Positions 1 to 12,105 of a stretch of 64,000 nucleotides of DNA are shown here, piece after piece. Position 1 is the first letter of the stretch, and each line of letters starts with the position of its first letter. The DNA comes from Chrysemys picta bellii (taxonomy: Eukaryota). The position numbers and the translations under genes were made by a program. The notes beneath the pieces were generated by a model. It saw only the letters and a program-made list of their open reading frames with translations. It searched no databases and was not told the origin of the DNA. The DNA lies in assembly GCF_011386835.1 (NCBI RefSeq), contig NC_088800.1, positions 10,416,001-10,480,000 on the forward strand, written 5' to 3'.

Positions 1-375
1 ATTCTCCAGAGACATGAATCTGGCACTTTCATGGGCATTAAAATTCACTCTTTTTTTAAGTTGAGAACTGTATGATTATTATTATCCCAAATGCTTTCAT
101 TGCTAGGATGCATTTTTTTCTCTAAAGTGTCTCTGAACTTTCACACGAGGTTTCTGGGATATCTACCAGCATAAAAATCTATCTTTGTTGGGTTTTATAC
201 TCTTGCTATTTTACAAGGGTTACAATAACAAAGCAAATTATTTCACTTATTTCTGGGATGAAAGTTCATTTTTTCAAACAAGTTGTGGTTTTCCATGGTA
301 TCTGAAAACAACTCTCCTGAAATTTTATGTTAGGCTAGTCCAAGGGACATGGGTTCTTTTGTCATAACTCTACAA

Positions 376-708
376 CAATGGTTCTCAAACTGGGGCCGCC
401 GCTTGTTCAGGGAAAGCCCCTGGCAGGTCAGGCCGGTTTGTTTACCTGCCCCATCCGCAGGTTCGGCCGATCACGGCTCCCGCTGCCCGCAGTTCACCGC
501 TCCAGGCCAATGGGGGCTGCGGGAAGCAGTGCGGAACAAGGGATTTGCAGGCCGCCACTTCCCGCAGCCCCCCTTGGCCTGGAGCGGTGAACCGCGGCCA
601 GTGGGAGTCGCAATCGGCCGAACCTGCGGACACGGCAGGAAAACAAACCAGCCCGGCCCGCCAGGGGCTTTCCCTACACAAGCGGCGGCCCCAGTTTGAG
701 AACCACTG
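376..708. mobile_element. Non-autonomous hAT (Charlie-like) palindromic MITE, TIR variant A
   Basis: TIRs caatggttctcaaactggggccgcc / ggcggccccagtttgagaaccactg. 8-bp TSD ctctacaa (368-375) / ctctacga (709-716). Near-palindromic body; four more copies in the window. Confidence 0.92.
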
Positions 709-1105
709 CTCTACGAGATATTTGAAAATGTTAAAAGTCATCCAATATACCAGTCCAGCAATTTTTAGACTCAGAGATTGGGGCTCTAGCAGTCAAAGTC
801 CCTATTCCTTCTGAAAAATCCCAGCTTTGCTATGATAGTTGTCATGACACCCACAGGCTTCACTAAAACTTTAGTTTGTCAAGGCAAGAGTCCATTATTC
901 AAAGATTCATCACAGGTTTCCATCTAGCATTCAACAGTCTAGGATTTGGGTGTGAGAAAGTGACAGGAATGGAAAGCTCACCTTTGAAAAGGTATGTTAG
1001 ACATGTGGCACTCCCTGATATGTTAGACATGTCTCACGGTTACCTTGTGCTCCCCTAGTCTGTTTCCTGTATCCACCCGTGGCCCTTCATCATATAGACA
1101 TATAT

Positions 1106-1235
1106 TGTAAGCTCTTTAAGACAGGGACTGTATTTTCTCCCTGTGGGCACAGTGCCTTTCACAATGGAGCCCCAGACCTTGATTGAGAGCCCTAAGTCCC
1201 ACCATAATGCAAATGACAATGATGATAATGACTGC
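1106..1235 (+). mobile_element. L2-derived / MIR-like SINE 3' tail fragment
   Basis: tgtaagctc...cagggactg...cagtgcct...acaatgg, also seen at about 7880-7995 and 30140-30270. Family recognised from memory. Confidence 0.5.
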
Positions 1236-1400
1236 ATTAGCTTAGCTTAAAGAGACTCGGCAAAGAGCAAGGAGAACTTAAAATCATTTTTTAATTAAAA
1301 ACCAAACCAAAAACCAAACCAAAAGCAAACCCAGAAATGAATGTTAGTATTGTAAAAGGTGCTCATGAATGTAACAGCAGAAGATAACATTTTAATTTTA

Positions 1401-1606
1401 AAAAGAACAGGAGTACTTGTGGCACCTTAGAGACTAACAAATTTATTAGAGCATAAGCTTTCGTGGGCTACAACCCACTTCTTCGGATGCAAGTGGGTTG
1501 TAGCCCACGAAAGCTTATGCTCTAATAAATTTGTTAGTCTCTAAGGTGCTACAAGTACTCCTGTTCTTTTTGAGGATACAGACTAACACGGCTGCTACTC
1601 TGAAAC
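1401..1606. mobile_element. Penelope-like element terminal fragment in inverted-repeat configuration (copy A)
   Basis: Arms about 1401-1480 and 1491-1570 are reverse complements, followed by a 35-nt tail ending ctctgaaac. Flanking duplication aacattttaatttta at 1386-1400 and 1604-1618 overlaps the element end. Confidence 0.8.
1451..1490 (-). ncRNA. Minimal type I hammerhead-ribozyme-like motif (PLE copy A)
   Basis: Minus strand reads GCAU-CCGAAGA-A-GUGGGU-UGUA-GCCCAC-GAA-AGCU-U-AUGC. Stem I GCAU/AUGC, stem II 6 bp, core is a U4C variant. Confidence 0.6.
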
Positions 1607-2059
1607 ATTTTAATTTTACTGTATTTTGTTTGTATTAAGTATGCATGTTGAGTTTTTGTCATAGGTGTCCAAATAGGCTTTTGCAAGTCTAAATATTACC
1701 AATTATTTACTCAGTGTCAGTGCTGATGGTACTTTACAGGTACAAAACAAGACAAAGTCTCTAGAACCTGGGAGCTTTATGATATTAAAAACCAGATAAT
1801 TTGGTGACTATTGGCAACTGACCATTGCTTGGTCTGGATCATCTACTCGGGGGCTAAGAGGAGAGAACATTGTTATAAAAGGTGGGGAAGGAATACAATA
1901 TATCCTAATATGTTTTTTCCTACAATTATTGTTTGGTCCTTTCTTCTTTTTTTAAAACTGATCATAATTATATTTAATAATCATGATCCATCACCAAGGT
2001 GGTGGTGGGTATCTCTGGAGTGGAAATTAATACTGGAAATTGTTACTGCTTTTAGGACC

Positions 2060-3110
2060 AAGAAAGCCATATTATGAGCCTATTGCTGGATCTCTCCACA
2101 GCATTTGCTATGATCAATGGTAGAACTCTGCTGCTCTGTTCCAGAGGTGAGGCAGAGGAAGTTCCTGCTGAGATGGTTTTAATCATTTCTCACAGGCTCC
2201 ATTCAGAGAGTTGTGATGGGCACCTGCTGTTTCACCTCTGTAGCCCTCACTTGTGGAGTCCCCCAGGAACTCAGCCTTTCTCTCTCGCCTTCTGCTCGTC
2301 ATCTATATGAAGACAGATTTTGGAACATCATGGACTAAAAGGCCAGCCCTGTGCAGATAACACCTAGATCTATGTCACCTTCATGTCACACACAGACAGC
2401 ACTGTCTCTCCAGGCTGAGATGAGCAACTATCTGGAAGAGCAGGTGCGTGAAGATGGATCCAGAAAAGCCTGAAATGATACTTGCAGTGAGAGGGAAGTG
2501 TTTAGAAGAACTTGCCACCTCTGGAACATTACCTTCCAATGAGTGTTCACCCTCAGATCATTAGAACTCACACAGACTCATTATTTCTAGATCCCCAAAT
2601 AGCTGCAGATGAGAAAAGTGTCCCTTTCTATCTAGGGCTGCCCAATCTGACTCCTGTCAGTTTTGGATATAGCCCCAGGGACCTATGTATTTGTGATTTC
2701 CAGACATCATTATTGTAAATCTTTGTACCTTGAAATGAAACCATTCTTAGTGGTTCTGAACATAGCAGCCTTTCTGACTGGCAACACAAGTCATAGAGAA
2801 CTCATCACCCCAATGCTCCACTCTCTACAGTGGTTCCATGGGGAATACTGGGTCAGATTCAAGGCTTTGGTCTTCATCTTCAAAGATCCCTATGGAACCA
2901 GCTCAAGTTGCCTCATTACCCTACAAGAACATGACCTCCCACAACAGTTATGTTCCACTGGGACCATGGAGCTGTCAGCCTCAAGAGTGAAACTTGTGCT
3001 TGTAGGAAAAAGAGGTTTTTGAGTGACTGGCCTGGAGCTCTGGAACTCCCAGAAGAGATAAGGATGACCATGAACCTCAGTGTTTTCAGTCCAAAATGCA
3101 AAATGAATTC
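2060..3110 (+). mobile_element. Decayed L2 LINE ORF2 remnant
   Basis: LLLDLSTAF (2074 ORF) resembles RT motif LLDLSAAFD. AAFLTG..RELITPMLHSLQW...VRFKALVFIFK (2663 ORF) resembles the L2 C-terminal HITP.L..LHWLP...FK motif. Confidence 0.65.
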
Positions 3111-4374
3111 TTCAGTCTACCTATCCGTACTGATACTATGCATACCCACACACCTGTCCAGCCCCTTTTGATAGGGGAAGTAGGAGACAGAAAGAGAGGG
3201 ATGTATTTTTGTGTACATACTTCACTATTTTGGGTAGGAGGAATTTAGATACCCTACTGATGGCTACCATATAAGCAATTAGAAAGACATATAAAGCCAA
3301 TTTTAAAAGACCATCTTAGTTTAGAAGCTAGGTACCTATTTTTTTCAGTTTCAGGTTCACATCTATGGGTACCCAAATATTTTACTTCAAATTCTGCAAT
3401 ATCTCCTAATTTTAATGCTTCTTTTGAAAAGGGGTATAATTATTATTGCAAACTGTTCAACGGCACTTCTCTGATCTGGAAATGGCAATCATTAAAATAA
3501 AATAAAATAAAATAATTATGTTCTTTAATGTATTTGAAGTGCCAATTCTAAAAATCAGTGTGTGTGTGTACATATATATGTATATTTTTTTTCAAGTCAA
3601 TCCTTTAAATGTATAATAAGCATACTCAAATTTGAGGAGTTGGAGAACAAAACTTTCTTTGTTCTGTGAATATTAGCTTCCAGCAAACTTTCAGTATGTG
3701 CTTGTCTCAAACAGGACTTGGAAAATAAGGGTGGGATTTTTTTTTAAATGCACAGTATTGGCCTCACTCTATGCCCATGGAAATCAGTGGAGTTTTACTA
3801 TTGATTTAAATGGGAACAATATTAGGCCAAAGCCAAGAACATTCAAAAATTCAACCCCAAAAGTATATCTTAATAAAATTATGTGCAGATCTAATTTCCA
3901 CCTGCCACAAAACCCTGAAATTAAATAAATGAACATTAAAAAAAAATTAGTGACTCATTTACATACATTGGCAAATAGGATCTAAATGTTAAAAAAGCGA
4001 AAATCAGAGTGAAAATAATGGTATGGCTATATATAATGCTGTTCAATATTCACTGTCTATATTTATTAAAAAGAGAAAAAAATTAAAAAGAAGAGAATTT
4101 TCTATGCATAAAAATAATTCGAAATTTTAAGACTTACAAAAGAATTATTCACTGAGAACAAGTTTGCATTCACAGTTAAGTAACACTTGACTATTTGAGC
4201 ACCTACACAAAAAAGAAAACCTTTTTGTACTTGTAAAACCTGCCAGACTTTCAGTGGAAATCTCTGATTTATATCTTTGATGTTTCCTTTTTATATACAG
4301 ATATATCTCTGCTTTTAAAAATGCTTCACAAACAGCTTAGCATTTTTCGCGGTTGTTCACCAGCACCCCAAACT

Positions 4375-4900
4375 CAATGCCAGCCAATCAGATTGGTAAT
4401 TCTAATAAACTAATTATCTTCTCCTCTTGATGCAGTTTGGTTGTATTTTAAATCTTCCCCCCGCCACACACCTTTTCCCTATTTGGAACCAATCACACGT
4501 TTATTCCCACTTCAAAAACAAACAATTCCCTCCCTCTTGCCCCACTTTTTTAAATGACATCTTCAGTCATTCATGAGTTAATAAAATCTCAAAGTCATCT
4601 GGGGATAGATAAGGAGAAAGAAAGAAGAGTATTGTACACATAATGACAGGCTCCCTGCTGCCCCTAAGATGTCATGGGTCAGCCATGTTAAGAATGTGTG
4701 CGCCCAATCATCTGCTGATTTTTATCAGCAAGGCCTCAAGCAGAATCTGACACGGGCCAGTTTGGGAGTTACAATGAATAAACAATGACTTCTTGGATTG
4801 TTGGCGGCTGTGTGATAGAGTGAGGGGGTTTATATATACTAAAACATGATGACATTAGCAATCAATACACCCATTACTGGACAAGTTATTGGACGAAGAA
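4375..4900 (+). promoter_or_regulatory. Candidate promoter/enhancer with CCAAT cluster and TATA-like element
   Basis: CCAATCAGATTGG palindrome at 4384-4396, further CCAAT at about 4489 and 4703, TATATATA at 4831-4838. No recognisable TE sequence. Motif evidence only. Confidence 0.3.
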
Positions 4901-7759
4901 TGCACATGTCTCAAGCTTGGTGCACTTTGAACATACGACCAACAGTGGAAATCCATGGTAGTAATGTTACTTAACCCCTCATGGGCCTGATATGCTAAAT
5001 CTTATGTTGCCTTGAAGTGTCTCAGACCATGTGATAAAGGAAAGCTTGATCTGATCTAGAATGTTAAAAAAGAAACAATCGAACAAAACACCCCATTGTT
5101 GGAAGGTTATCATTTTCTATTGTGTTTCTTAGGACTTTGCTATAAAGGGGAAAGGAAAACAGACACATATTTTTTGTGTATGTTCCTTTGCTATTATAGC
5201 AACATCTCCCCTTCCTCTCAATCCAGCCCGTGTCATCATCCTGCGGGACACTTTTGTGAACTCAGAATATGCCGTGTTTATGGGTTGTCCTCGGTTACTA
5301 TGGAAGTGGTTGCGAAGATGCAAAATCGGTGTTAGAATTCATGCCTGAATCAGAGTAAAAATGAGTGTCTGTGAAAGATCCAATAGTTATTTAAACCACA
5401 AATATGCTTGGGGCTTCACTATGCAAGTTGCACAGAGCTCTGTGGTGGTTATGGTGGTGGTGGTGGGGTGCTGCAGAGGGTTATTCCCTCTTGGAGAAGG
5501 AGAAGCACAATCCATCCCGAGGCTGCTTGGTGCACTCTTGATGTATTATCCGTTAGGAGGGAACTGATAGCTCTGCACTGGCCCTTCCTGTGGGCTCTGA
5601 GCAGGGACAGAGCTATGGTCCCACTTCTTTGCTGGTGTTTTGCTTCCCCAGAAGCAGCGAAGACAGAGAGGCTCATGTTTGCAGGATCTGCTATTGTGCT
5701 TGGCCCTGGGACAGGCCATGTGAATGGGTGTGGGGGGGAAGAGTGTGTGTGGCCATTCCTATTTTCTGTGCATCCTCATAAAGGAAGATCTCTAACTAGC
5801 CCCTGACTCAGAGCCTGCACCTTTAAAATCATTGATGAACCACCTTATGATCCTCATAGAGGACTAACAGGGCATAAGGAACTCCTTGACCGCTGTATGA
5901 GGGAGGGACAGCAGCTGCTCCAGCACCACTACTCTGCCTCCTGCACTAGTGAATGGAGAGTGGCAGGGAAAGACATGGATGGAGCCTGGGCTTTGTCCCT
6001 CCATGTGGCAGCCCATGCAGCTGAGCTGGTGCTGAAGGGGGAAGTAAGCTGCTTCAAGGGCTGGCACGGTTTACTTCTCTGTTGGATCAAGGGGGAAGCA
6101 GGTAATAGGAGATGCACGTTAAGACATATCACTGTTATAGAGCGCTGTCATAAGAGCAGGGTCCAAACTGTGACATGGGCCAGATTCTCAAAGGTATTTA
6201 GGCACCTAACTCCCATTGTAATCAGTTGGGAGTTAGGTACCTTACTACCTATGATGAGCTGAGGCTCTGAGTCACACTGGTCTAATCCACTCAGGGTTTG
6301 TGGTAACGTTGTAATCTGGTCTTTAGAGTTCTGTCTTTGGCTTCGGGAGAGGGATCGGACTCAAACACAGTGAGAAAAATCACGAAAACCCATTTCCTTT
6401 TAGCTAAAATATTTTTAAAGCTTTTAGTGGGTACATTTGAATGTTCTCCCCTACTTGGGAAGAAAGTTCTTCAAAAGTCTGAAGGTGAATTTGACTAGCA
6501 TATGCCTGAACTACACTGCTACTAAATGGAAACGCTTCATAAAATGGCACCGTTACCTTACATTACAGTAAGTACTGTTTTGTCATGTTTATTTTAAACC
6601 CTTAATAAGCCTCCCTCTGTAATTTACAATTAACTTTTTGCCTCAAGGTAACAGCTACATTCACAAAAATAATGGTAATAGACTGACCTTGTTATGAATG
6701 GATAACAAGCTGGAAACAATATACTTTGTCACAGAGCATTAACTGTTACTGCTGAAATTGTAAATAATGTGTATAGAACCTGCATGTAAGTGGCTCCCCT
6801 TAAAAATATTGTGTCAATTAAACACTTGATACGTAATGTATTATTATGAAATCCATTTAAGTCCACGTATTCTAAGATTACACTCCCAGGCAGTGTTCAC
6901 CTCTGGGCTGGCCAAAAAATTTTGCAAAGATGGTCTTGCACATTCAGTGGTGCATTTCTACAGCTACATTGTGAGGCTGGCTGTGGAATCTGATCCTAAA
7001 TGTTTACAAGCTATATGGCCACTGCTGTTATTTGGACTGGTTAATTTTCTTTTTACCAGTTGTTATTACATGTAGTACTACAGTGTTCTACAGTAATGGC
7101 GTGAAACACTTTGGGCCCTGTTCTCTGATGCTTTGGGGCTGTTCTCTGCTGATCAAAAGCAGGCTTAAACCAATATTAGCTGGCCACTGGAGGGTTACCC
7201 CCAGGATCTCTGGGAGATATAAGCCACCATAGTGGCTCTCATACCATTCCTCCCTCCCAATCACTGGTGTAGAGGGTGTGACTCAGAAAAAGGGGGCATT
7301 TTTAACACCTGGCTGATCCTTCCCTGCCCCTTGGGACTATTTGCTTATGCTTGGAGGAGTACAAAGTGGTTTGGAGTCACTGTCCTGCTCTCCCACCTGC
7401 AATGAGTGTTTGTAAGCTGTAGCTTCGGTCTTGGGACTGCATTTCGCAATAGCAGTATGGCAGTGTTCTGGCTGATTACTGCTGGGCATTTACTATTTAT
7501 AAAGGGAGGGATGACACTTTAGACTGATGCCCACAAATAAAGGGCAGCATGAAAACTACAAGTGCCGAGGCATTAAAATATCTGGTTGCCAGTAGTTAGG
7601 GTTACTAACTGGCGAAACAATCTCTGACCAGCTAGCATATATCACAGAAAAATAATTAGCTAGAATTTTACTGGAGTAACTATTGCTCTTCCTGAAAATA
7701 GTGTAAATCCATTGCTTTGGGCTTTTAGTTAAGCCACCAGACTAGCACTTGGAAAATCT

Positions 7760-7998
7760 GGTTTCAGCTCCCAGCTCTGTCCCAGATTCTCTGTGTAACT
7801 GTGGGCAAGTGTCTTTTTGCCTCAGTTCATCACCTGGGAAAATGGGGATCACAATCCTTCATTTTTCTGCCTTGTCTAGTTAGGCTCTTTGGGGGCAGGG
7901 ACTGTATCTTAGAGTGTAGTTGTACAACCGGGCACAATGGGGCCTAATCGCAGTTGGGGCCCGTATGCACTGCTGTAATAGAAGCTAATAAATAATAA
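7760..7998 (+). mobile_element. CORE/MIR-like SINE with L2-type tail
   Basis: CORE motif tgggcaagt...tgcctcagtt...aaatgggga followed by an L2-like tail ending taataaataataa. Confidence 0.6.
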
Positions 7999-8589
7999 CG
8001 ACCTGGACAAAAGAATGCACTCCCATCCATGAAGAAACAGATGCATTGCATGTGTAGGACGGGGCAAAAGTCTTTTCTGTCCAGATTGGAGCCAAAATGT
8101 AATGCATTGCTAGTTGTTAAGGAACGCTTATATATCCTTCCACCTGGTATTTTTTCCCTGGGCAGCTCTGGTTTCACCTCTGAAGTCTAGTCATATTAGT
8201 TGCTGTGTATTTTGGTGCCATCCCTGTAAAGATGTGCATTTCTACTGGCAAGAAAGTGAAGGATTAGCAATGGGCAGAGGTCAAGTCAGTCAAGACTTTA
8301 AACACGTAGTCGGTTGTAAAAAAGCTTACATTACTGGGAGCTCTTTGCCAGATCAGTACTTTGATGCCAAATGTTAATCCTTGCTGGGGACATGATGGCT
8401 TGTAAATGTTATAAGAAAATATCGTTTTTCCTGGAGAAAACAGGCATTTATAGTTAAAAAAGGGGATTATTTTCCCAAGAACATTTGCATTTCATACATA
8501 CCTACCCTGCTTGAGCTCTGCCTCAGTGCTAATATTTAATCACATCACTTATTTATTTCTATAACTAAAGGGAAAAAAGTATGAGCTAG

Positions 8590-8740
8590 TGCTTAAAGCG
8601 CTGGGAGAGCTAGGCTCTAATTCCCGGCTGTGTTGGAGATGAACAAATGACCTTGGGCAAATCATTTTCACTTGCTGTATTTCATTTTTCCTATCTGTAA
8701 AATGGGGATAACGGTACACAAAAGGGGTCCTGTGAGGCTG
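8590..8740 (+). mobile_element. CORE/MIR-like SINE fragment
   Basis: tgaccttgggcaaatca...tatctgtaaaatggggataa core. Confidence 0.6.
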
Positions 8741-9319
8741 ACCATGTTTGTGACTGTCAGAAGGAAGATGCTACTGGATGCACAAGCGTTAGAGTTGCAC
8801 TGTACAAAAACCTCTACTTGCTGCTAGGAAATCCCTGGAAAGAGCTGTCTACCTACCCATGTCAACATTTTCAAAATGAACAAGTCAATCAACAAGTCAA
8901 TCAAGATTCATAAATAATTTGAGGCTAGATTGTCACAGTCCATACTCAGCCACACAGGGGACTAATTCCCTGTCTGACTCCTCTGCTTGGCTCTGCTAAG
9001 ATTGTGGCTCTGGCCACAGGGGAGAAAGCAGGGCCTACTTTTCTGAGATTCTCTCTTGCAAGGCAGTAGGGAAGGAGGAGCAGAGAAGGGCAAAAAGTGA
9101 CTTGCAAGCCAGATTAGGGTCTTGGGTACAGAGTGCAGAGTGAGCTGCCCCGCAAAACATAGTGAAATAAATGACTCCCCCCAAAATTAGAGCCAGTGGG
9201 GGACGGGGCAGGAGCTGTGACTTTTTGATTTGCTGCTTTGTCTGCTCCTGGGGTGGTGCATCTATGCACTGCCCCTTACTCAGGGCAGATTGGGGAGTTC
9301 TAGTCTGCAGGAAAGGATG

Positions 9320-9450
9320 GGCCTTTGCACTGGACTGGGACTTGGGAGATCTGGGGTCACTTCTTGGCTCTGCCAGAATTCCCATGGGACCTTGAACAAG
9401 TCACTTAGACTCTCTGTGCCTCAGTTTCCCATCTGTATTATTTTACTTTA
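9320..9450 (+). mobile_element. CORE/MIR-like SINE fragment
   Basis: gcactggactgggac...gaccttgaacaagtcactta...ctctgtgcctcagtttccccatctgta. Confidence 0.7.
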
Positions 9451-9557
9451 CTCTCTGGCTTTATAAACCATACAGGTCCTTTGCCACTGTCACAATTTGC
9501 CCCCATGACTTTCTGTCACCTCTTTTCCCATTGAGGGTAATTCACATTAAGAGTTTT

Positions 9558-9762
9558 TAGGTCTTGCTCAATATTATCCCTCCATCTTCTCCTTGGTAAG
9601 CCACCATAAGACGGTCCATCCAAGAGATTCTTACTGGTCTGTCTTCTGTCATCCTGGCCACATACCCTGCCCACTGAAGTTGTTGGGATTTCACTACATT
9701 TACTCTACTGGGCTCTCCATAGGCCTCCTGCAGTTCTCTCGTAGATATTCTCCTCCACACAT
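9558..9762 (-). mobile_element. RTE-clade LINE ORF2 C-terminal fossil
   Basis: Minus strand gives VWRRISTRELQEAYGEPSRVNVVKSQQLQWAGYVARMTEDRPVR, then after a frameshift PRRRWRDNIEQDL. This matches the RTE motifs RL.WAGHV.RM and GRPR.RW.DNI..DL. Confidence 0.7.
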
Positions 9763-9764
9763 TC

Positions 9765-9890
9765 TGTATTTGGGGATAATAATACGTTCTCACCTCCCAG
9801 TGAGATTGTGAGGATAAATCCATTAGCATTTATGAGGTCCTATGGTGACAGGAACCATAGAAGTCCCTAGACAGATAGATCTGATGACAC
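9765..9890 (+). mobile_element. MIR-like SINE 3' portion
   Basis: ggggataataatac...ctcaccctc-like segment...ttgtgaggataaat. Confidence 0.45.
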
Positions 9891-10959
9891 AGAGTCCACA
9901 AAAATAATAGAACCAAGTCAGCTTGGGGAAACCTGAGCTCCTAGGACTCACACCACATGCAGTTGGCAGCTATAAAGTTATAATACCCAGGTACAAGAAG
10001 GATTCAATATGCTTTTCTATGGCAGTGAGTAAGTGTGGTATGCTGCATAGAACTAAGTTCTAAACCGTGTGGGTTTGGTTTTGTTATGCAGATGGATTTG
10101 TTCCCCTCTTCTCCCTTTGCAATGTTTTGAATTAAAATAGCTTACTCAAGGTCAGCGAAGGCATATGGTCCTGCTCAAAACTTAAAACAAAACATTAGTT
10201 TTTACAACCTTTTGTAATTTGGTATTGTATACAACATGGTTATAGACGGAATTTCTGTAATCTTTGCAGTGGGTGACAGAAATATGAGAGCCAAATTTAT
10301 AAGCCATTTAGTGAAGCATTTAATCAATTTCATGCATAGGAAATAACTCCGATTGCTTTGCTTTATCAATCTTCTTTTCCCTCAGCCCTGCAGTCACCCC
10401 AACCTCCAAACGCTTAAAGGCAAAAAAATAGATATATATGCAAAAATCTAACGATGTACACAAAATGTCAGGAACTTCTGAGGGCTGTTTCAACTTAGTT
10501 GCCAGCATCAATAATCCCTCTTGAGGCTGTTAATATATTTCAGAAGGAAGGCAGAAAGCCTAATATTTATAGGACGTTGCAAGGCCTCTTGCTGCAAAGT
10601 TATTCATTAAACACCCTTTGCCTAGAATGACTCCCGGACACGGTGTAGAGCTATGCAGATTAAGCTTGTGTCTAGTACCGAAGTGTTTGTGTGTGGTGCC
10701 TTTAATCGCTTACAAACATTTTCCCCCCGCATCACACTAGTCCCCTACAAACATTTTTTTTCAATTCCCTGCATCACACCAGTCCTCGTATCTCTGTAGA
10801 ATATGAACGGCGGGAAAACTACGTGACAACCTCAGAAAGACACACGCTGTAATAGGAGCTAGGGATGGCTTTTCTTTTTAAAAATATACTAAGCGTTAGA
10901 TTGTGACTTAGACTGTGAGACTGCTCGGGAATCTAAGAATCTCCCTTACTCCCCTTGCT

Positions 10960-11052
10960 TGACCCAGGAATCCCTGAGTGAGATTCTGTTATGCAGGAGG
11001 ACAGACTCAGTGATCATAACGGTCCCTCTTCTTGCCTTAGAACCTATCAATC
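10960..11052 (+). mobile_element. Old CR1 3' UTR fragment
   Basis: attctgttatgcaggagg.cagact..gtgatcataa.ggtccct...gccttagaa.ctat.aatcta. Confidence 0.45.
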
Positions 11053-11215
11053 TACATGGGCTACATGGACCTTGGATTTAGGCACGTGGAGGTAAATGGG
11101 GTGACTTGCCTACTTAATCCCTATATAGAGCAGGTGGGTAGGGAAAGGGAAGAGCTTTGACTCTACCACCTATTGACAATGGGTGTAGGGATAGTAATTG
11201 AGTGATGATGTAGGC

Positions 11216-11531
11216 CAGTGTTTCCCAAACTTGGGACGCCGCTTGTGTAGGGAAAGCCCCTGGCGGGCTGGGCCGGTTTGTTTACCTGCCGTGTCTGCAG
11301 GTTCGGCTAATCACGGCTCCCAATGGTTGCGGTTTGCTGCTCCAGGCCAACGGGAGCTGCTGGAAGCGGCGTGGGCCGAGGGACGTATAGGCCGCCGCTT
11401 CCAGCAGCTCCCGTTGGCCTGGAGCAGCGAACTGCGACCACTGGGAGCCGCGATCGGCCGGACCTGCGGACCGTCCCAGCCCGCCAGGGGCTTTCCCTAC
11501 ACAAGAGGCGTCCCAAGTTTGGGAAACACTG
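11216..11531. mobile_element. hAT palindromic MITE, TIR variant B
   Basis: TIRs cagtgtttcccaaacttgggacgcc / ggcgtcccaagtttgggaaacactg. TSD atgtaggc / gtctaggc. Small deletion in the right arm near 11470. Confidence 0.9.
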
Positions 11532-12105
11532 GTCTAGGCCAGTAGAAAGTTATTATTCCCTTCCCCTCTCCATTGAACATAGGGAAGAAGAATGCCACCT
11601 GAGTCCTCTTGAGTTGATGCATTTATGCCCAATTGCTGTATCTGAAGTCCCTACCTTGACCAAGAGGCAGGTCCTAAATGATTAACCCCACCAGCATGTT
11701 TTCCTTTTGATCATGTACTATGACATCCTGCATGACACTCTGTTCAGAACAATAAATGGTGATTTTTTTTAAAGTGAAAAACTCCCGAGGGAGCAAAAAA
11801 GACAATCTCTCTCTGCTAAGCATCAGCTGCTCAACTATATTAAAATTAGACAAGGCTATGATCATGCCAGAATGGCTCCTTGCCCTCTAAAATTAGAACT
11901 GATAGAATGGTGGGCATAGTACTAAATATATACCTCATTTAAAAATAATGTGCTCTCAGGCTTTCCTAACATTTGAAAAAGTGATCAGCGTAAATTCCCA
12001 AAGTAAGATCTCCACCTGCCCCAAACATATTACAGGTGTCATATTCTATATTTTAATTTCATGGAATAGGAGGACAGTCAACAGCTGTAGAACCAAGTAC
12101 TCATA

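Noticed and set aside
349-814. Overlapping ORFs of 70-144 aa on both strands, here and at 11198-11685, 23438-23975, 25357-25794 and 60089-60629
   Set aside because: They are read-through of the GC-rich palindromic hAT MITE. The same peptide appears on both strands and there is no transposase motif.
8879-8905. Short tandem duplications (aacaagtcaatc x2; also cttctgataa x2 at about 51953)
   Set aside because: Ordinary replication-slippage duplications.
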